Shown: positions 1-13,730 of the stretch, piece after piece
Layout of the letters: the number at the start of each line of letters is the position of its first letter
Position numbering within the stretch: the stretch's first letter is position 1
From: Psammoneis japonica
Lineage: Eukaryota
Direction of reading: 5' to 3'
Assembly: GCA_008632985.1 (NCBI GenBank)
Contig: QPGO01000107.1
Location: 1-64,000 of the forward strand
DNA length: 64,000 nucleotides
Made by a program: the position numbers and the translations under genes
Notes under the pieces: model-generated
The model's input: the letters and a program-made list of their open reading frames with translations, nothing else
Databases searched by the model: none
Told to the model about the DNA's origin: nothing

Positions 1-2610
1 AATACGGAACCAATGGTCCTCGACTCACATTGTCACGCCATCGATCTTAATCAAGTGACAACTACGGCGATGCATCTAACCCAAATGAACACAACCAACT
101 CAATCTTCTTCTTAAGAGGTTGAAATCGTTTTGAAAAGTTCCTCAGACGAATGCATGGGAAGCATCAGTGGATCTCATCGTGGAAAATCTGACGCGATTC
201 CACGACGCGTGAGAACCTTCTCCTATCATAGTCTTTGGAGGCGTCCAATCAAAAGGAGTTTGACCTGTTATGAAAGATTGAAGTCTTAAGAATGAAATTG
301 CTCTGAACAAGTCGCTCTGAGACTCATTGTCTAAAGAAAACAGGTCGAGTTCGACCGCATCCGACACTCAGAAGCTTAGTATAAGGTTCATACAGGTGGT
401 GTATCCTTTACCCAATATTCAGGAAATACTATTGAAGCAAGAACGTTTCATATATGTAATCTATTTGATTCAAACATGGAATGCCACCATGTCAAATAAA
501 AAAAGCACACGTCGTGCTCACACGAAAATCATGCCGTGGGGAGAAAATGAGTACTATGGACTTCCAATGAGAATCTATAGAGCCCCAGATATTTTTATAC
601 AACACTTGAGTGAACTCATAACAGGTTTGAAGTTGTCAGAACGACTATATGTGATCGTTTGTGCCTGACAAAAGTAACTTCAAAATATCACCTGTACAAG
701 TAACAGCTTAATACGGCATTCAAACGACTAGAACAGTCGCTTAGAAGGTTAACAACAAAAGTCCTTCACTATTTAACTTGAAATAAACTATCAAGACTTC
801 CATACGTAACGATATGCAATCGATTACAAAGAAAATGGAGGCGATTCAAGCAATCGCAACACGAGAAAAACGTAAAGAACACTACGACATCTCGTTGTCA
901 TACGTTACTATTATCGAGACATGTAGTCTCAACGATCTCCTGTACAATACTAGCCAAATTCACCTCAATAAAGGTCAAACGGCAAAAGTACAAGTACGGA
1001 ACGAAAAGTCTCCGAAAATATGGAGCGTATCAAATCAAAAACTATATTGTTATCATACACGGATTTCAATATTATACGTTACAACGGAAAAAAAGAACTT
1101 CTGTCCATAGTGAAAACACTTATAAAATTCCGAAATATACTGTTTGGCCAACAGATTTATACATATACGGATCATAAGACACAACGGACAAAGTCATACG
1201 TTGACAACTTCAGTCCCGAATTAGAATACAACGAGGGCAAGGCGAACATCGTCGCGATAGACGCGATCAGCCGACTTACTATAGAAAATTGAATCCTACG
1301 ACAATGTCCTACCGTTAAAACGGGATAAAGACATTCCCTCCAAATTGTCGGACGCGACATATCATACGAACACTTTTCGTGGAGGCGAGCGAGATCGAAA
1401 AATGCTCATGTCACAAGGATAAAATCGCCTTTTTAAAGGACGATTTAGGAAAAAACAGTGACAGATTGGTATACATTATACGTATCCACTTCACACTGGC
1501 AAAAGACAATCTCACAACACCCGTACGGTTGTATTGTACAATGTACGAGGCAAGACATTAAAATATACATCATGTCGACACACGAGATGATGTGCCAAAG
1601 ATCTAGAAAAAGAAAAGAAAAATGGACATTTATCCACTTAGTGCACGAAACCAGTGCCTTCGGAATGACAAAATAACACCGGTATGTCAGAAAGAAACGT
1701 CCAAATAACGATTAAAATCCAACTGATAGATGGTTGAAGTACAAAAAAAAAAATCCATAATGGAATTCATAACCATCACAGGATTGATTATCAAGACGAA
1801 ATGGTCATAATATCTTTGACCATCGTTTATTATTACTTATGAAACGTGGTAGTGCAGCAGAGCAATATGGCATATAAAGTAAGCCCGCCAAACTACATGA
1901 AATCCACAAGTAAGTAAGTGAACGCCATAATTAAGAGCGTACACTAAGTACTGGGCACGATGCTATGTACAATCGATATCAGGAAAAACACTTACTCCAG
2001 GACAATTAGTCCTTGTGTTCATATCAACAAGAACGTCAATGAGAATACTCGACGTAATACTATATATATACATATTAAGTGAGAAACAAACAATGTCACT
2101 CTCAAAAGACATTCGGAAATTGGAACGGCCCTATATTGCCTATACAAAACAACAACAGTCATTGCTAATGCACAATACAGTGAAAGTGGAGACATTATTG
2201 ACACTGTCGATGTCCGTCGAATAATCCACTTACAAATGACTCTAATGTGCAATTAGGGAGGCGAATGCAGTATGCGACTGTTATATACATATTTATGATT
2301 ATATATTATTTATATGTCAATCGTACCACAGTCGTGGATGCGTACAAAGGACAGAACGATCACACAGAGTTGATCGGATGTCGAGAATTGCAAATACGAT
2401 CGATTGACGATGTTGACATCTTACGTGTCAATAGCAATCGTATCCGGACAATCTGTTGTCACGAATATATTCTCCGAAAGGCCTTTTGTCTGTAGAAACA
2501 GTACAGAAGCTTTAGGCCATTGAGAACTCGTTCGGAGAAACCAAAAATCACAGAGCAAAATTTAATCTCATAATTTCCACTTTTCGTACACTATTCTACT
2601 TTCGTTTACA
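1..2610 (+). mobile_element. Heavily decayed Ty3/gypsy LTR retrotransposon (RT, RNase H, integrase remnants and probable 3' LTR)
   Basis: Broken-frame motifs: YPLPNIQEIL and PWG..EY..LPM...APDIF (RT), YYRDM* (about 906-926), KELLSIVKTL..FRNILFGQQI..YTDHK (RNase H), NAII..VH*V and PGQLV (integrase). Purine tract GGGAGGCGAA followed by TGCAGTATG at about 2266 is the probable LTR start. Many stops and frameshifts; right end approximate. Confidence 0.8.
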
Positions 2611-2629
2611 CTCGTTCTTCGAGCATAGT

Positions 2630-3402
2630 GCACATGCGACCACGCGTGCAAGTCCCGCGCAATTGGTCTTCGGACGCGATGCGGTTTTGTCTGTTGCCCA
2701 TCGCGCTGAGTGGAAGCACACAGAAACCAGAAAGCAGAAGCTTGTCCACTTAAACAACAAGCGTGAAAATCAGAAATGCAAGGAGCATCAACGTGCCGCA
2801 GGGCAATTGGTGCTTGTCAAACAGGAACAATCCTCTAAATGCGGTTCTGACAGCTGTGCAGGACCCGCCAGAGTTGTCTGTGTGTGTGACAACGGCACGT
2901 TGCGTGTCCAGAACGGAGCGCTGACAGATGCGCGTGATCTACGGCAGATTGTGCCCTGTCGCCAGCAAGACATCCTGTCACTTAACGGCCCTGATCATGG
3001 GGGAGTGTGCAGCATGCCTCGCTGCTGGACAACACGGCCAGACCGTGCATGAGCCTCTTGCACGTGGCAACGCAGCGTTGTCAACACGCACCTGGGAAGC
3101 ACGACCACAGGAGGGCGTGGCTCCAGGTCTTGGGCAATTCCAGAAGGATGCTAAGAGAGCGTCCGTGTGAAGCACACTGGCCCGTCGTCTGGCCCACGAT
3201 GGCAGCGTGATTCCACACGATGGCATCACTCGTGCATGGCGCGTGATGGCTTGATTCGCACGATCCATGGTGCGAACGCACGATCGATTTAATGCGATCC
3301 AAATGCGAACAAACAGGGATTTGGCAAGATTCCCCATTTGCATGATCCCATTTTCTCTGCTCTAAACTGGCTCATAATTTTCACAACGACAAAGTCGCAA
3401 CA
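2630..3402 (+). mobile_element. 3' fragment of a second Ty3/gypsy element (integrase C-terminus, PPT, 3' LTR), TpA-converted
   Basis: SPAQLVFGRD...NNKREN...GP..V..V.DNGTLR is a gypsy integrase tail. PPT GGGGGAGTG is followed by TGCAGCATG at 3008; probable LTR end ...GCAACA near 3402. Tyr replaced by Cys/His. Confidence 0.75.
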
Positions 3403-3413
3403 CATCTTCTTTT

Positions 3414-5633
3414 TCAGTGCCCAGCACATGCATGGGGCAAAAAGACATCGCAGATTCCCATCTTTTCACGAGCGACACTCAGGTCACACAGCAAAGACTC
3501 TGGGCCATTCTTTCCATGGTCTTCCAAATCAAAATCACCCTCCATCCGTTCCAAGAGTAAATCGCGCTCCTCCATTGGGACCTTCATTTCCTCCATTTGC
3601 TTCGCCGCTCCCAACTTGGCTGCCGGATGGACAAGATTACGAAGGTCAGGGTGAGCATGGATCCCCATGCCACACAGCATCAACATCTGCACAGAGTTCA
3701 TCAATCTGAACTCTCCACAATCAGCGCCTGTGTGATCCCATGTTTGGACCATGGTTTTGAACATGTCCTCGATCGCCTTGTGGTCAAATGTTGGCTTGCC
3801 AACATTGTCATTGATCCAGCCCATGATGACAGCCAGTCCACCAACAAGCAAGTCCATCAAACCGTCAAGTTTCGTCCCGCACTCTGCCACATGAACCTCC
3901 TCGAAATCGAGTCCCAGGCTCTGCATGCGTTGGTTGTTGCAATCCCCCACAATGCTGCCGAACAGCCTTGCAGCTTCTCTGAAGCAATGAAGGACACAAT
4001 CGCCAGCCACGAAAGGACGCTTCACAGCATCTGTGTTGCACAACAAGCAGCAAAAATGGGAAAATCCGGTTTGATGCCCAGCCACAATGGCGCAACAAAA
4101 GCAATCGTACACACCAACCTCATCGAGGTTGTCGATGATTGCCGAACAACTGCGCGATAAATTGGAGTCCTTCACGATGGCAAATGGAAGACGTTTCCTC
4201 GGCATGACAATGACGAGATGCTCAACTGTGTCAGACGGAAGATTTGGCTTGCCAATTTCCTCTTCCACCCACACAGAGTGAGGGTCAAGGAAAAAATCTT
4301 TGATGTTTCTGTGGGTCAGCTTGCCCGACGGAGGATGACAAGGGCCACGGTGTCTCATCATTTCTGCAGCATGTGACAGATCAAGTTTTGCAAAATGACC
4401 ACGCACACGCGATCGGAACTCGGCATGCCCATGTGCCGAACTGACACAGTTTCCAGCATTGCCTTTGGATGCAGTGATGACCTTCAACGACCAAGAGCGA
4501 CCAACAGCATCTTGCAGTGACAAGCAAAGAGCACCAGTCTTGGTGCACCCATCCATGTCACAATCCTCTTTGTCAATGTGCAGCTCGGTGTTCGAATCAA
4601 CGGATTTTTCGCCGGACGACGAGATGCACTTCACTTGAATTTCCACGCCTTCCCTTCTGGCGTGCTTGGCTCCTGCCATCTTGTGGAGCTCAGCCGCGAA
4701 AAGACCACCACGGTGCGGGTCATGGAAGGAACGCATTTCTTTCAAAGCAACAAGATTGATTTCATCCTCGCAGAGTTGCACGGCGCCCAAGATTGAGGCT
4801 GTCATCAGCTGCACATCCTTTGGAAGCTTCTCCCACTTGTCCCTGCCAAAGACAGCACCAGGCTTGTGAGCAGGTCCCACTTCAGCTGACTCACCATTTG
4901 CAACTTCGCAATTCTGGCCACAACAACCAAAACAGATCCGACAGCGCAACTTGCATTCTGGTCCATCCCTTTTTTTGTTTGGCTCGCCATGTTCCAACAC
5001 TGCACGGAGTGTCGACGACACACTGGCTCGCAGTCCAAAAAAGCATTTCTGACACATCTTGTCCATGTGTCACAAATGAGTGACCACATCGAAAAAATGA
5101 GAGGTTGACTGGGTCGGGCAAGTGATCGCAACCATCGATTCTTGTGTCGGATCATTGGGAGCTGTGCCGCTTTCAAATCCATGCATGAACTTGCGGAGGT
5201 GACTCACCAAGTGGAAATCGGAGATGCTGTGGAATGACTGGTGCTTGACACAGTTCACCTTGAAGGAACCGGAAATGGGGGTTTCCTCAAAGACAACAAG
5301 GTGAGAATGTTGTGACTTCACCTCACCCGGAATCGCAAACGGAGATGGTTCAGGAAACACTTTCACAAGCTCTTCTTTTGTGAAACTGTCTGGCAGAGGA
5401 GGAGGTGACTGACAAGTCACACTGAGGGTTGGCCACTTTGTTCGGGAACATTCAAATTGTTCCTCGAGAGTCGGCTCATCTTGGAGAATCAGCGATTCGT
5501 TCTGAGAAATGTCAGAAGGTTCGCCATCTTTGGGGTTTTTGAGGCTGGGGCTTGAGGAGCAAAGGGAGGCGGCCAAAGAGGTGGCAAGAAGAACAGAACA
5601 ATCAGAGACAAGAAGAGGAGCATGGACAATCAA
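3414..5633 (-). pseudogene. Long TpA-converted ORF of unknown function (probable transposon cargo), one internal TGA
   Basis: ORFs 5070..5633 and 3414..5066 are in frame and separated by one TGA. About 740 codons, almost no Tyr, excess Cys/His. No domain recognised. Confidence 0.45.
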
Positions 5634-5718
5634 TCAAACAACATGATGGATTCATGCCATTTGGATTTTTTCGTTTCCGAGCATTTTTCGCAACGGATGG
5701 AATTGCATTGCCTGTTTT

Positions 5719-5783
5719 GGTGTCACAAATGCGTGCGATCGTACGGTTTTGTTGGTCTGTCCATTGAACGATTTTCGATTTCG
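5719..5783 (+). repeat. 65-bp element, copy 1 (inverted copy at 8658-8722)
   Basis: GGTGTCACAAATGCGTGCGATCGTACGGTTTTGTTGGTC...GATTTTCGATTTCG matches the reverse complement of 8658-8722 at 63/65 positions. Confidence 0.9.
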
Positions 5784-5953
5784 CTGGCTTGCGTGGTCGA
5801 ACTTCAACTTGCACAGATGTCCTGTAGACTTGTGCGTGAAAACATGCCAAAATCAAATTTTCAAATTCGTGAGGGAAAAGAAGTGAAACCACTCTTTCTT
5901 CCCCTGCACCATCTCGTTGCTGCTCCTGCGGATTACGACAACAACGACGACAA

Positions 5954-6640
5954 TTGAAAATGTCGCTTGCATGTGTTGAATGTAATGAGGAGCAAGAGGA
6001 GGAGTGCATCGTCACTCTGTCTCCTTGTGGCTGCAAAATTTGTCTTCACTGCATGGTTCGTTTGCCAGCGGAAAAGACATCCCAGAGCCTGTTGCATTGT
6101 GATCAACGCGTTGCCAGCCACAAGACAGTTCGCACCATCCAAAAGAGAAATCGTGAGTCGGAAAAAAAGGAAGTCGAGTTTGAACACCCAGCTCCTGTCA
6201 AGAAAAAGAAAAAGAGGAACCCCACCAAGTCACAAATGTTGGAGTTCCTCCGGGAGAAACAAAACAACGGCACCGCATCAAGAACAATCGGAACGGATGG
6301 CCTGCCACTTACGGAGCAAGCGGCAGTTGAAACAGATGGGGATGGCAAAATGCTACACACCCCAGTTGGATTTGCAGCAGTCAATAGAAAAGGAGACATC
6401 GCTGCAAATGAAAATCAAACCAAACTTGCCATCGCGAAAATGTTCAAGAACATGTCGTCCGTGCTCTTGCCTGTGGCTACGACAGGAAACAGGGCTGAGC
6501 CGATGAGCTCAAAAAATGTGTTCAAACACCTCATGTCAGAAGAAAACAATGCGGCCATGCTTCCATCTATTTTTGCTTTCGCTGCCAATGGCACTGACAT
6601 GAACGCTTTCGTGGAGACGATGAAGAAGGGTGGGAGATGA
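5954..6640 (+). pseudogene. TpA-converted ORF with N-terminal RING-finger-like motif
   Basis: CVEC...CIVTLSPCGCKICLHC spacing resembles a RING finger, followed by a basic KKKKKR patch. Caution: Cys is inflated by Tyr-to-Cys conversion. Confidence 0.4.
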
Positions 6641-7349
6641 GGCGACTCATCGGCATTGGCTGTGGGAATGACAACGGATTTAATTGTGAGAGTTTCAAGT
6701 CAAAATGAGGTGAGTCCCGCAATCAAATGTGTGTCCAATGTTTTCATAACTCGAGAGATTCTGTCGTTGGAGACACTCTTGCCAATTTCAAAGTAACAAC
6801 ATCTGCATCAGCCACCGGCATTGCAAAAGCTTCTGAATGCACTGCAGCCTGCCTTGAACCCAAGGCAAAATTGGCGCCTAAAGATGGGGTTATGCTGACA
6901 GCCGACAACGCAGAATTGAAAATAACACATGCTAAAGATGCAGGAGGGTTTGATGGAATTCAAGGAAGATGATGTGTTTTGAGTGCTCCGGGGGGGAAGA
7001 CCTCAGTTGAGGAGCGTTCAGCTGAGCTAGATCGGTCATTCTATTTGACTGATGTCAACAATGTTGTGCTCACGGGTTGTGGAAAAGAACTGCAATAGAT
7101 GCACATTACAAGATCAGGTCACACCTCGACTTTTGTTGCCAGCAATGTTTGCGCCACTCACGGGAACAACAGAGTGGCCAATTGACAGATGTGGCAGCAT
7201 TGATGCAAAGCGCCAAAATGCACAAGCGCCAACGGTCTGGTCTCCACTTCTGCTTGGGCCTGCCGGAACTGGCGGTGGGCATTCGTCACACCGCAGATGT
7301 GGGTCGTTGCAAGGCACCAGAATTTCAATTGTTGAGTTGGTCATGCAAA

Positions 7350-8474
7350 TCAATGCAAATCACAACCATCATCATCACCACCAGATTCATCATCTTCAAA
7401 GATGGTGGCAGTGCCACTGCCGTCAGATGCTGGAGGGAGCACCCTTTTCTCCTGTAGCGACTTGCGACGGGAACGTTGCTCATCCAGGCAGAGGTTGGGG
7501 GTCCAATTCTTGGCATCCGACACGTAGCTGAGTTTGCAGTTCTGTGATTTTTCAAGGCTCTCAACAATCAAATCTGGAGCAAGATCATCCAAGCTTTGAA
7601 CTGAACCATTGTTTTTCAATGCCGCGACTGCCGGCCCAAACTGCGCAACCAAAGCATCGCGATCACGAGAGCGGAGACTAACTTTTGGGATGGAACGTTT
7701 GTTCAAGCGCGGCCTTCCAGACTTTTCAGGGGTGTGCACAGTTGAGCATGTCATCATGCACGGTTCACACCTGCCGTCAATCAATGATTCATTCTCGACA
7801 GTGACTTGAGAACAATCCATGGCGACCTTCAGGTGATGACAAGCCAAAGCCTCTGGGTGTCGTGCAGCTTGATCTCGAAGCTGCGCGTTGGATGTGGGCA
7901 TGTCAGAATGTTCAGAACGCTTTGCTGTTCCATGAAGCTTCTCATGCGATCTGGATTCTTCAACTTTCCTCTTTCGAAGGTCATCCGAGTCGAACATCCC
8001 AATGCACTTCGGAGCGGCTGGATCGCATTGACAGTTCAAGTCGGCAGATTTTGACGGAGTTACAAACTGCTTCCTCAACCTTTCCCAAGCTTCCTTTTGC
8101 TCTTCTTTCGACAGATTCAACCACCAATTTACTGCTGTCATTCGATGGCACAAGTCTGAGCTTGCCGGACCAAACAAAATGAGGCAAATCGGAAAAGCAC
8201 AATGCGTTTGTTGATCTTTCCGCTGCCTTCCGCTCTTTGGCACTTTGAAGCTCTCTTGCAAAAATTTCTGATTCTTCCACTCAGCAGCACTCCTGTCCTT
8301 TAGAGCGTCCGGCACATCAGCCTCCGTGTAAAATGTCTTGTGGTGTCGGGCGACCTTCAAATGTTTCGGTTCTGCCATGCTTGGCGGCAGCGCCACATTG
8401 CGCTCAAGCGGCTCTGGGTCTTCTTCCCCAAATGGCTCCCTTTCTTCTTCACACCCACTCACATTGATGACCAT
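7350..8474 (-). pseudogene. TpA-converted ORF of unknown function
   Basis: 374 codons with protein-like composition and an acidic tail; Tyr nearly absent. Confidence 0.35.
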
Positions 8475-8584
8475 TGCAATGAAAGAAGAGCTGCAATGCC
8501 AAGGACAGGCAGGAAAACTTCAGCGTGAGGCAGGAGCAGGGGTCGACAATGCCATGGAGCATTTCTCTGAGTGATTTGTTGGCA

Positions 8585-10010
8585 TCAATTTCTAGCATGC
8601 ATTGCGCAGAAGTGTGCGCAGACGCCACCACTTTCGCGGGAAAAAAAGTGCCAGAGCCGAAATCGAAAATCATTCAATGGACGGACCAACAAAACCGTAC
8701 GATCGCACGCATTTGTGACACCAGTTTCTTTCTTCTTGCACTGAGTGGCAAAGTCACGAAGCCTGGCTTTCCACATGGCCTCAAAATGACATCTTGCAGC
8801 CTTGCTTTTGCCGGAATTGTCAGCGGCAGAAACCACACGATCAATTTTCACACATCTTAAAAGAGTCTCATCGACATGTGTTGCGCGCATTTGTTCTCGC
8901 TCGACATCTAGCATCGACAGTCGCACAGGCTTTTCCCAAGAATTTTTGTGTTGGTGGAACAACAACTTTACAAATTCAGGGAAGGACACAGGGCATTCAT
9001 CTTTGGTCCTCTCACAGTGACCAAGAGCCAGGAAATTCTCCAAAAAGTTGGTGCGCAAGTCGATGTCTCTCGCCACATTTGCCGAACAGGGAGCACAGCC
9101 AATGGTCGCAATCACCATTCCTTTCAGGTGCGTGCGGCAGAATCTTGTCATGAAGAATCAAAAAACCAATGTGAAGGTGTTGCGCGCAACGCAAAACCTT
9201 CCCTTCAAAACTTCTCAGCTCAGTGTGCTTGACAAGTGGCTCTCCCTTTGGGTCGCACAATCCGGGATCATGGAGAAGCTTGCACAACATGGAAATCTTT
9301 GCCATCATGTTGGTTGTGGTGTCTGTTGATTTTGCCTTGTTGCCAATGACTTTCATGTCCTCCACTTTGGGAGCACGGCGGCACTCCAACGCATGAGGAT
9401 GTTTGGCGCCTTGGCTGGAACAACTCCATCCTTTTGCGGAAAGAAAGTGCAGCAAGCTCTTGCACCCAAGTTCCTTTGCAACAATGCGGTTCACAGCCAT
9501 CAGCTCTACAAAAAAATGAGGTCTGCCCTTTGACTTTTGCCACACATGGGCAAGCGCGATCCAATTCGGAGAGGGATCACAAGTGGAATCGTGGTGGAAC
9601 TGAACCTTGGATTTCACCGTCTTGATTGTCGCTTTGACACGGCTCCGCTCGTTGCCATCGATCACTCCAAAACCATTGGCAAAGAGAGATTCAAATGCGG
9701 CCTCCTCGAGGCAGGAATCATTGTTGTCTTGTAACAGAGAGGCAACCGACAAGTCATGCGGCGCCATGGTTGCTGTTCCAACACCAAAAAATCTGGTTTC
9801 TGCAGAAACACACCAGAGTGGTGCATGGGAGAAGTTGCATGCGCGCCTGGCAGGATTTGGAGTTTTAAACACAAAAACCTGCCAGACGCGCGTGCAACTT
9901 CTCCCAGGGAAATCCCACGTGAGATTGTGCCGGGAAAGGGCAGTGCAGAGTGTGGAATTGATGGAAGAAAATGTTGTGTGAAACAGCATCAGGAGAAAGC
10001 GTGCATGCAC
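8585..10010 (-). pseudogene. TpA-converted ORF(s) of unknown function, probably frameshifted
   Basis: Overlapping ORFs 9012..10010 and 8585..9151; Tyr-poor; no domain recognised. Confidence 0.3.
8658..8722 (-). repeat. 65-bp element, copy 2 (inverted relative to 5719-5783)
   Basis: Reverse complement matches 5719-5783 except for two CpG/TpG differences. Confidence 0.9.
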
Positions 10011-10849
10011 TGGAAAACAACATGGACTTCTACATGCGCGTCAAGGCACGTGAAGAACACATGGGTGCCTTCAAGTGACGCACACGAACAATCACAAAGA
10101 AACACTCGGAAATGGAGACAGCACAGAGAGAAGTCAGAAACATGGATCCAAAACAAAGTGACACACAACAGAAAAAAAAAACAACTGCAACAAGAGACGA
10201 TGAAGGCGACGGCGACGGGATCGATGAAAAAGAAGGATTCGGATGGAAAGATGCCGGAGACGGTGAAAACAGGCGGTGCCAAGACAAAGAAGGAAGAGAA
10301 AAATGGGGCGGGCAAAATGAAGAAAGAGAAAAAGAAGCCGACAACACGATGTCAAGAGGGGAGCAGCGATGCGATTCTGCATTTCGAGGGACCTCTTCCT
10401 CTCGATGATGTTCACCCAAATGCAAGAAATGCAGTGTGGCTTTTTTGGAATGGTGACGAGGAAACATCCAACGTGGCAGCAGCACATTTGAAATTCTTGC
10501 AAGAGAGCGGACAAGACATGTGGAATGAAGAGGACGATGCAGACGACTGGGCAAATTGGAGCACAGTTGTTGATTAAATGATTGGTGCACACTTTGCATG
10601 ATGAAAATTTCATTGCATGCAATTGCAATGTTTGGCTTGTCATTAAAGATCGTTGGTTGTTGTGAAAAAGGCAGAGCACAAAAATTAAAAAACATCTGTG
10701 TTCAAACATGAAGAATGGCAGGAGATTGATGATTGACCAAATGACAAAAACCGTTGTGTGTGGATGAGCAAATTTTATAATGTGGCAATGTAATTTTGTC
10801 ATGTGTGCAGACATTGCGACATCGTGCACTCTGATGTCAGTTTCTGCCT

Positions 10850-11290
10850 TGTCACAAAGTTGCCAATCTCCATTCTTGTCCAGCGGGCACTTGCTGGAGA
10901 AGACCTGAGACCAGTGTGACTTGGGAGGAACATCAAGATTTGAGAGATCTGCAAAAAGAAGACAATCAAACAAGTCCTGCAGCTGAAGAAAAAAGTCACA
11001 CACAGGGATTCCAGGAGACAGCTCTTGTGGTTTGTCATTTTCAAATTGGCAAGCAATGGACAAAGACTCAAGGGGTCTTGCTTTGGCACCACCCAGAGTG
11101 ACAATGCTGGGAAACATTGACCCAGCTTTGAAATGAAAGTGTGAGAAGAGGGGTTTGTTGGTTGGCAACCCACCACATGAGAGCTCCTCTTGCACAGCTC
11201 TGAGAAATTCATTGATCGCACTGATTGGGACACCCTGGGAGCAACAGCACAGATTCAATGTGCAGACCACAGAGATGGTTTTGCTGTTGT
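10850..11290 (-). pseudogene. Possible Plavaka/CMC-like transposase fragment
   Basis: GVPISAINEFL...PVCDFFLQLQDLFD..LFADLSNL..P...W...NGDW loosely resembles the N-terminal part of such transposases. Weak, by eye only. Confidence 0.25.
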
Positions 11291-13459
11291 GAACTTCAGG
11301 GATGATGAGATCCTCATCAGTGGAAAGGGGCTTGACTCAATCCAGTGCAGCAAAAGAACCTGGGTCAACAACAGTGGCAACCCCCTTGGCAACAAAAGGA
11401 GACACACCATCATCAAATGATTTGGAAACAAATTCTTCATTGTCCAAGTGCTGGCATTCTGAAACATCATTGGTGCCTGGCCAAACGGCAGTGCCATGAG
11501 AAGGATGTGACTCTTGCACTTGCATGACAGCACAGTTGGATCTCAATGCCCAGGGATTGTGCTGCAAGTGAACTTGTGGAGCGGATGAAGTGTCAGTCAG
11601 AGTGAGACAAACCAACCCCTGTTGCAACCATTTCAATGGGAGGGGGGACAAAGGTGGAAGAAGAGGCAATGGCATCACTGGGTTCTTGGGATTCTCCCAT
11701 TGGCAGCTCTTTGCTGTGAGCATCTGTCAATTTGTTTCCTGAAACACCGCAGCTGTGTTGAGAAAAGGAGAGTTTGCAGGGCAAATGAGTTCTGAGGGGA
11801 TGTTGAAGACCAGTTGGAAGAAAACATTTGCCACACATGGGACAATCATTTCCTGCAGCAAAGGAAGGCACCATTGTCCATGTCACAAACAGAGGGAGGT
11901 GGAGATGCATGAGAAGCAAAAATCAACAATGCAAGCCATGCGGTGAAAGCAACACATGGCAGGTGACAAGATTGTTCTGGGCAAGTCAACTTGCGAGTCA
12001 AAGTGCAAGATCATGCAATGAATTGATGCACAAGAGTGGCTGTCTTCACGCCAGTCTGCTGGGCTTGCATCAAGCAAAATGACAATTTAAGATGAATCCA
12101 ACTGACCACAATGACGGATGTTTTGTCATGCTGGCGCACATCTCAGACTTGTGTGCAACCAGATGTGGACCCATTTCTTGAGCACCCAATTTTCTGTGTG
12201 GTGCTGGGTCTGTCTCTGGCACCCCCAGCCCAAGTGGCTGCAGTGGTTTCCATTGGCCCACGCATCCTGTTGACAATGGAGCCAAACTTCCTGCCAAAAT
12301 TCATTTCAGCACCCTCCTTTTTGTTTCTTTTGACAGTTTTTGGTGGCTTGAGATTGCCAAATTTGATGACACAGCTCATCTGCATTTTCCTGCTGCTGCC
12401 TTTCTTGTTTTTGCACCTGGTTTTGATGCCAGCTGCTGGCTTTCCTCTTCATTTTTTTTTAAAGTTGCTCCTCTTCCTGGGTTTTGCTGGTCGTTTTCTT
12501 GCTCAGTTCTTTGCCTCTCTTGCACTCTTGCTTTCCATGGCTGTGTGGATTTGGCAGTGCAATCATCCTGGCTGCTGTTCTCATGCTTGTCCTTTTTTCT
12601 TGTGGGATCAACTTGCAGCAGAATGGGTTTCATGTTGACATCTTTGGCATCACATTGGTGTCTTTGGCATGTCAGCACCCTTGACAGAGGAGTTGTCAAC
12701 AAAGAATTTGTTGACAAGAGCTTGACTTGAAATCATGTTTTTTTGTTTGCATTTTTTGGGAAGTTGGTTTCATCTTGTGTGGCAGCCTTCTTGCAAGGTG
12801 AGCTGGTGCTGCCATCAGAGGTCACAATGGTGAAAACCTTGCAGTTTTCCCACACAGGAATGAACTGGATTGTCATGGTCAAACCATGCCCAAAAGACAG
12901 GTTCAAGAAGGCAAGGCACTCTGTGCTTCGCGGCACTTGCCCCATTGCCAGTTCCATCCTGGATGACCCCTGAAACAAGCTTCTGTTGCACTTGACTGAG
13001 CACTGGAGGTGTGGGTCAGATGGCACCGGCCCAGCTGGCAAAGGAGTGACAGCACTTTAAAGTTGGATTTTTTTGTGTTGGAAAAGCCTCAGCCAAGCAG
13101 CAAAAGCCCAGTGGCATGACAGCTCAGCAGAACTTCCACAGTGCTTTGACATTTCTCACATTTGTGCCAAAACTTGGCTTCATGGTGGGCCTGCCTTCCT
13201 CAACTCAACCCTCCTCTCTGCTCACATGCTGGCTTGGTTCAACAGCATGGTGGAGCAGTCACCTTCATGTGTGCTTGAGATCTTCTTGGATGAGTTGAAG
13301 AGTGGGGGCATGAGCACTTGGTCAAAGCTCAAGCACTGGCAAGTGACAGCATGCAAAAGACCCTTTGGTCACTCACCTCCCACAAACCACAGCTGCTTCT
13401 GTGTCAGCGAGTTCTTGGGTGAGGACAAGATGATGCACTCCAGCCATGAGTGGGGCTGT

Positions 13460-13730
13460 GTGTGACATTGAGAGCCCACTGATTCTGTGCACAAGCTCCA
13501 CAGCAAAACAACCAAGCAATGAATGCGCGGGCAGTTGCCAACAGAAAAAGAGGCAATTTTGTGATCATGTCTCCCAACCCACACACTCAAAGTTTGTCAT
13601 TTCCTTCCACCAATGTTGAAGAACACACCTGGCCCAGTTTTGTTCTCACAAATGTGGAAAACAGAAAGCCTTTTTTGTCTTTGCAAAGCAGGGAGCACGA
13701 AACATTTTTGTGGAAAATCACATGTGAAAA
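13460..13730 (-). repeat. Decayed homologue of the segment at about 53050-53330
   Basis: Shared GCCAACAGAAAAAGAGGCAATTTTG (25 bp identical), TTGAAGAACACACC and ACAGAAAGCCTTT in the same order; shared peptide KIASFSVG. Confidence 0.75.
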
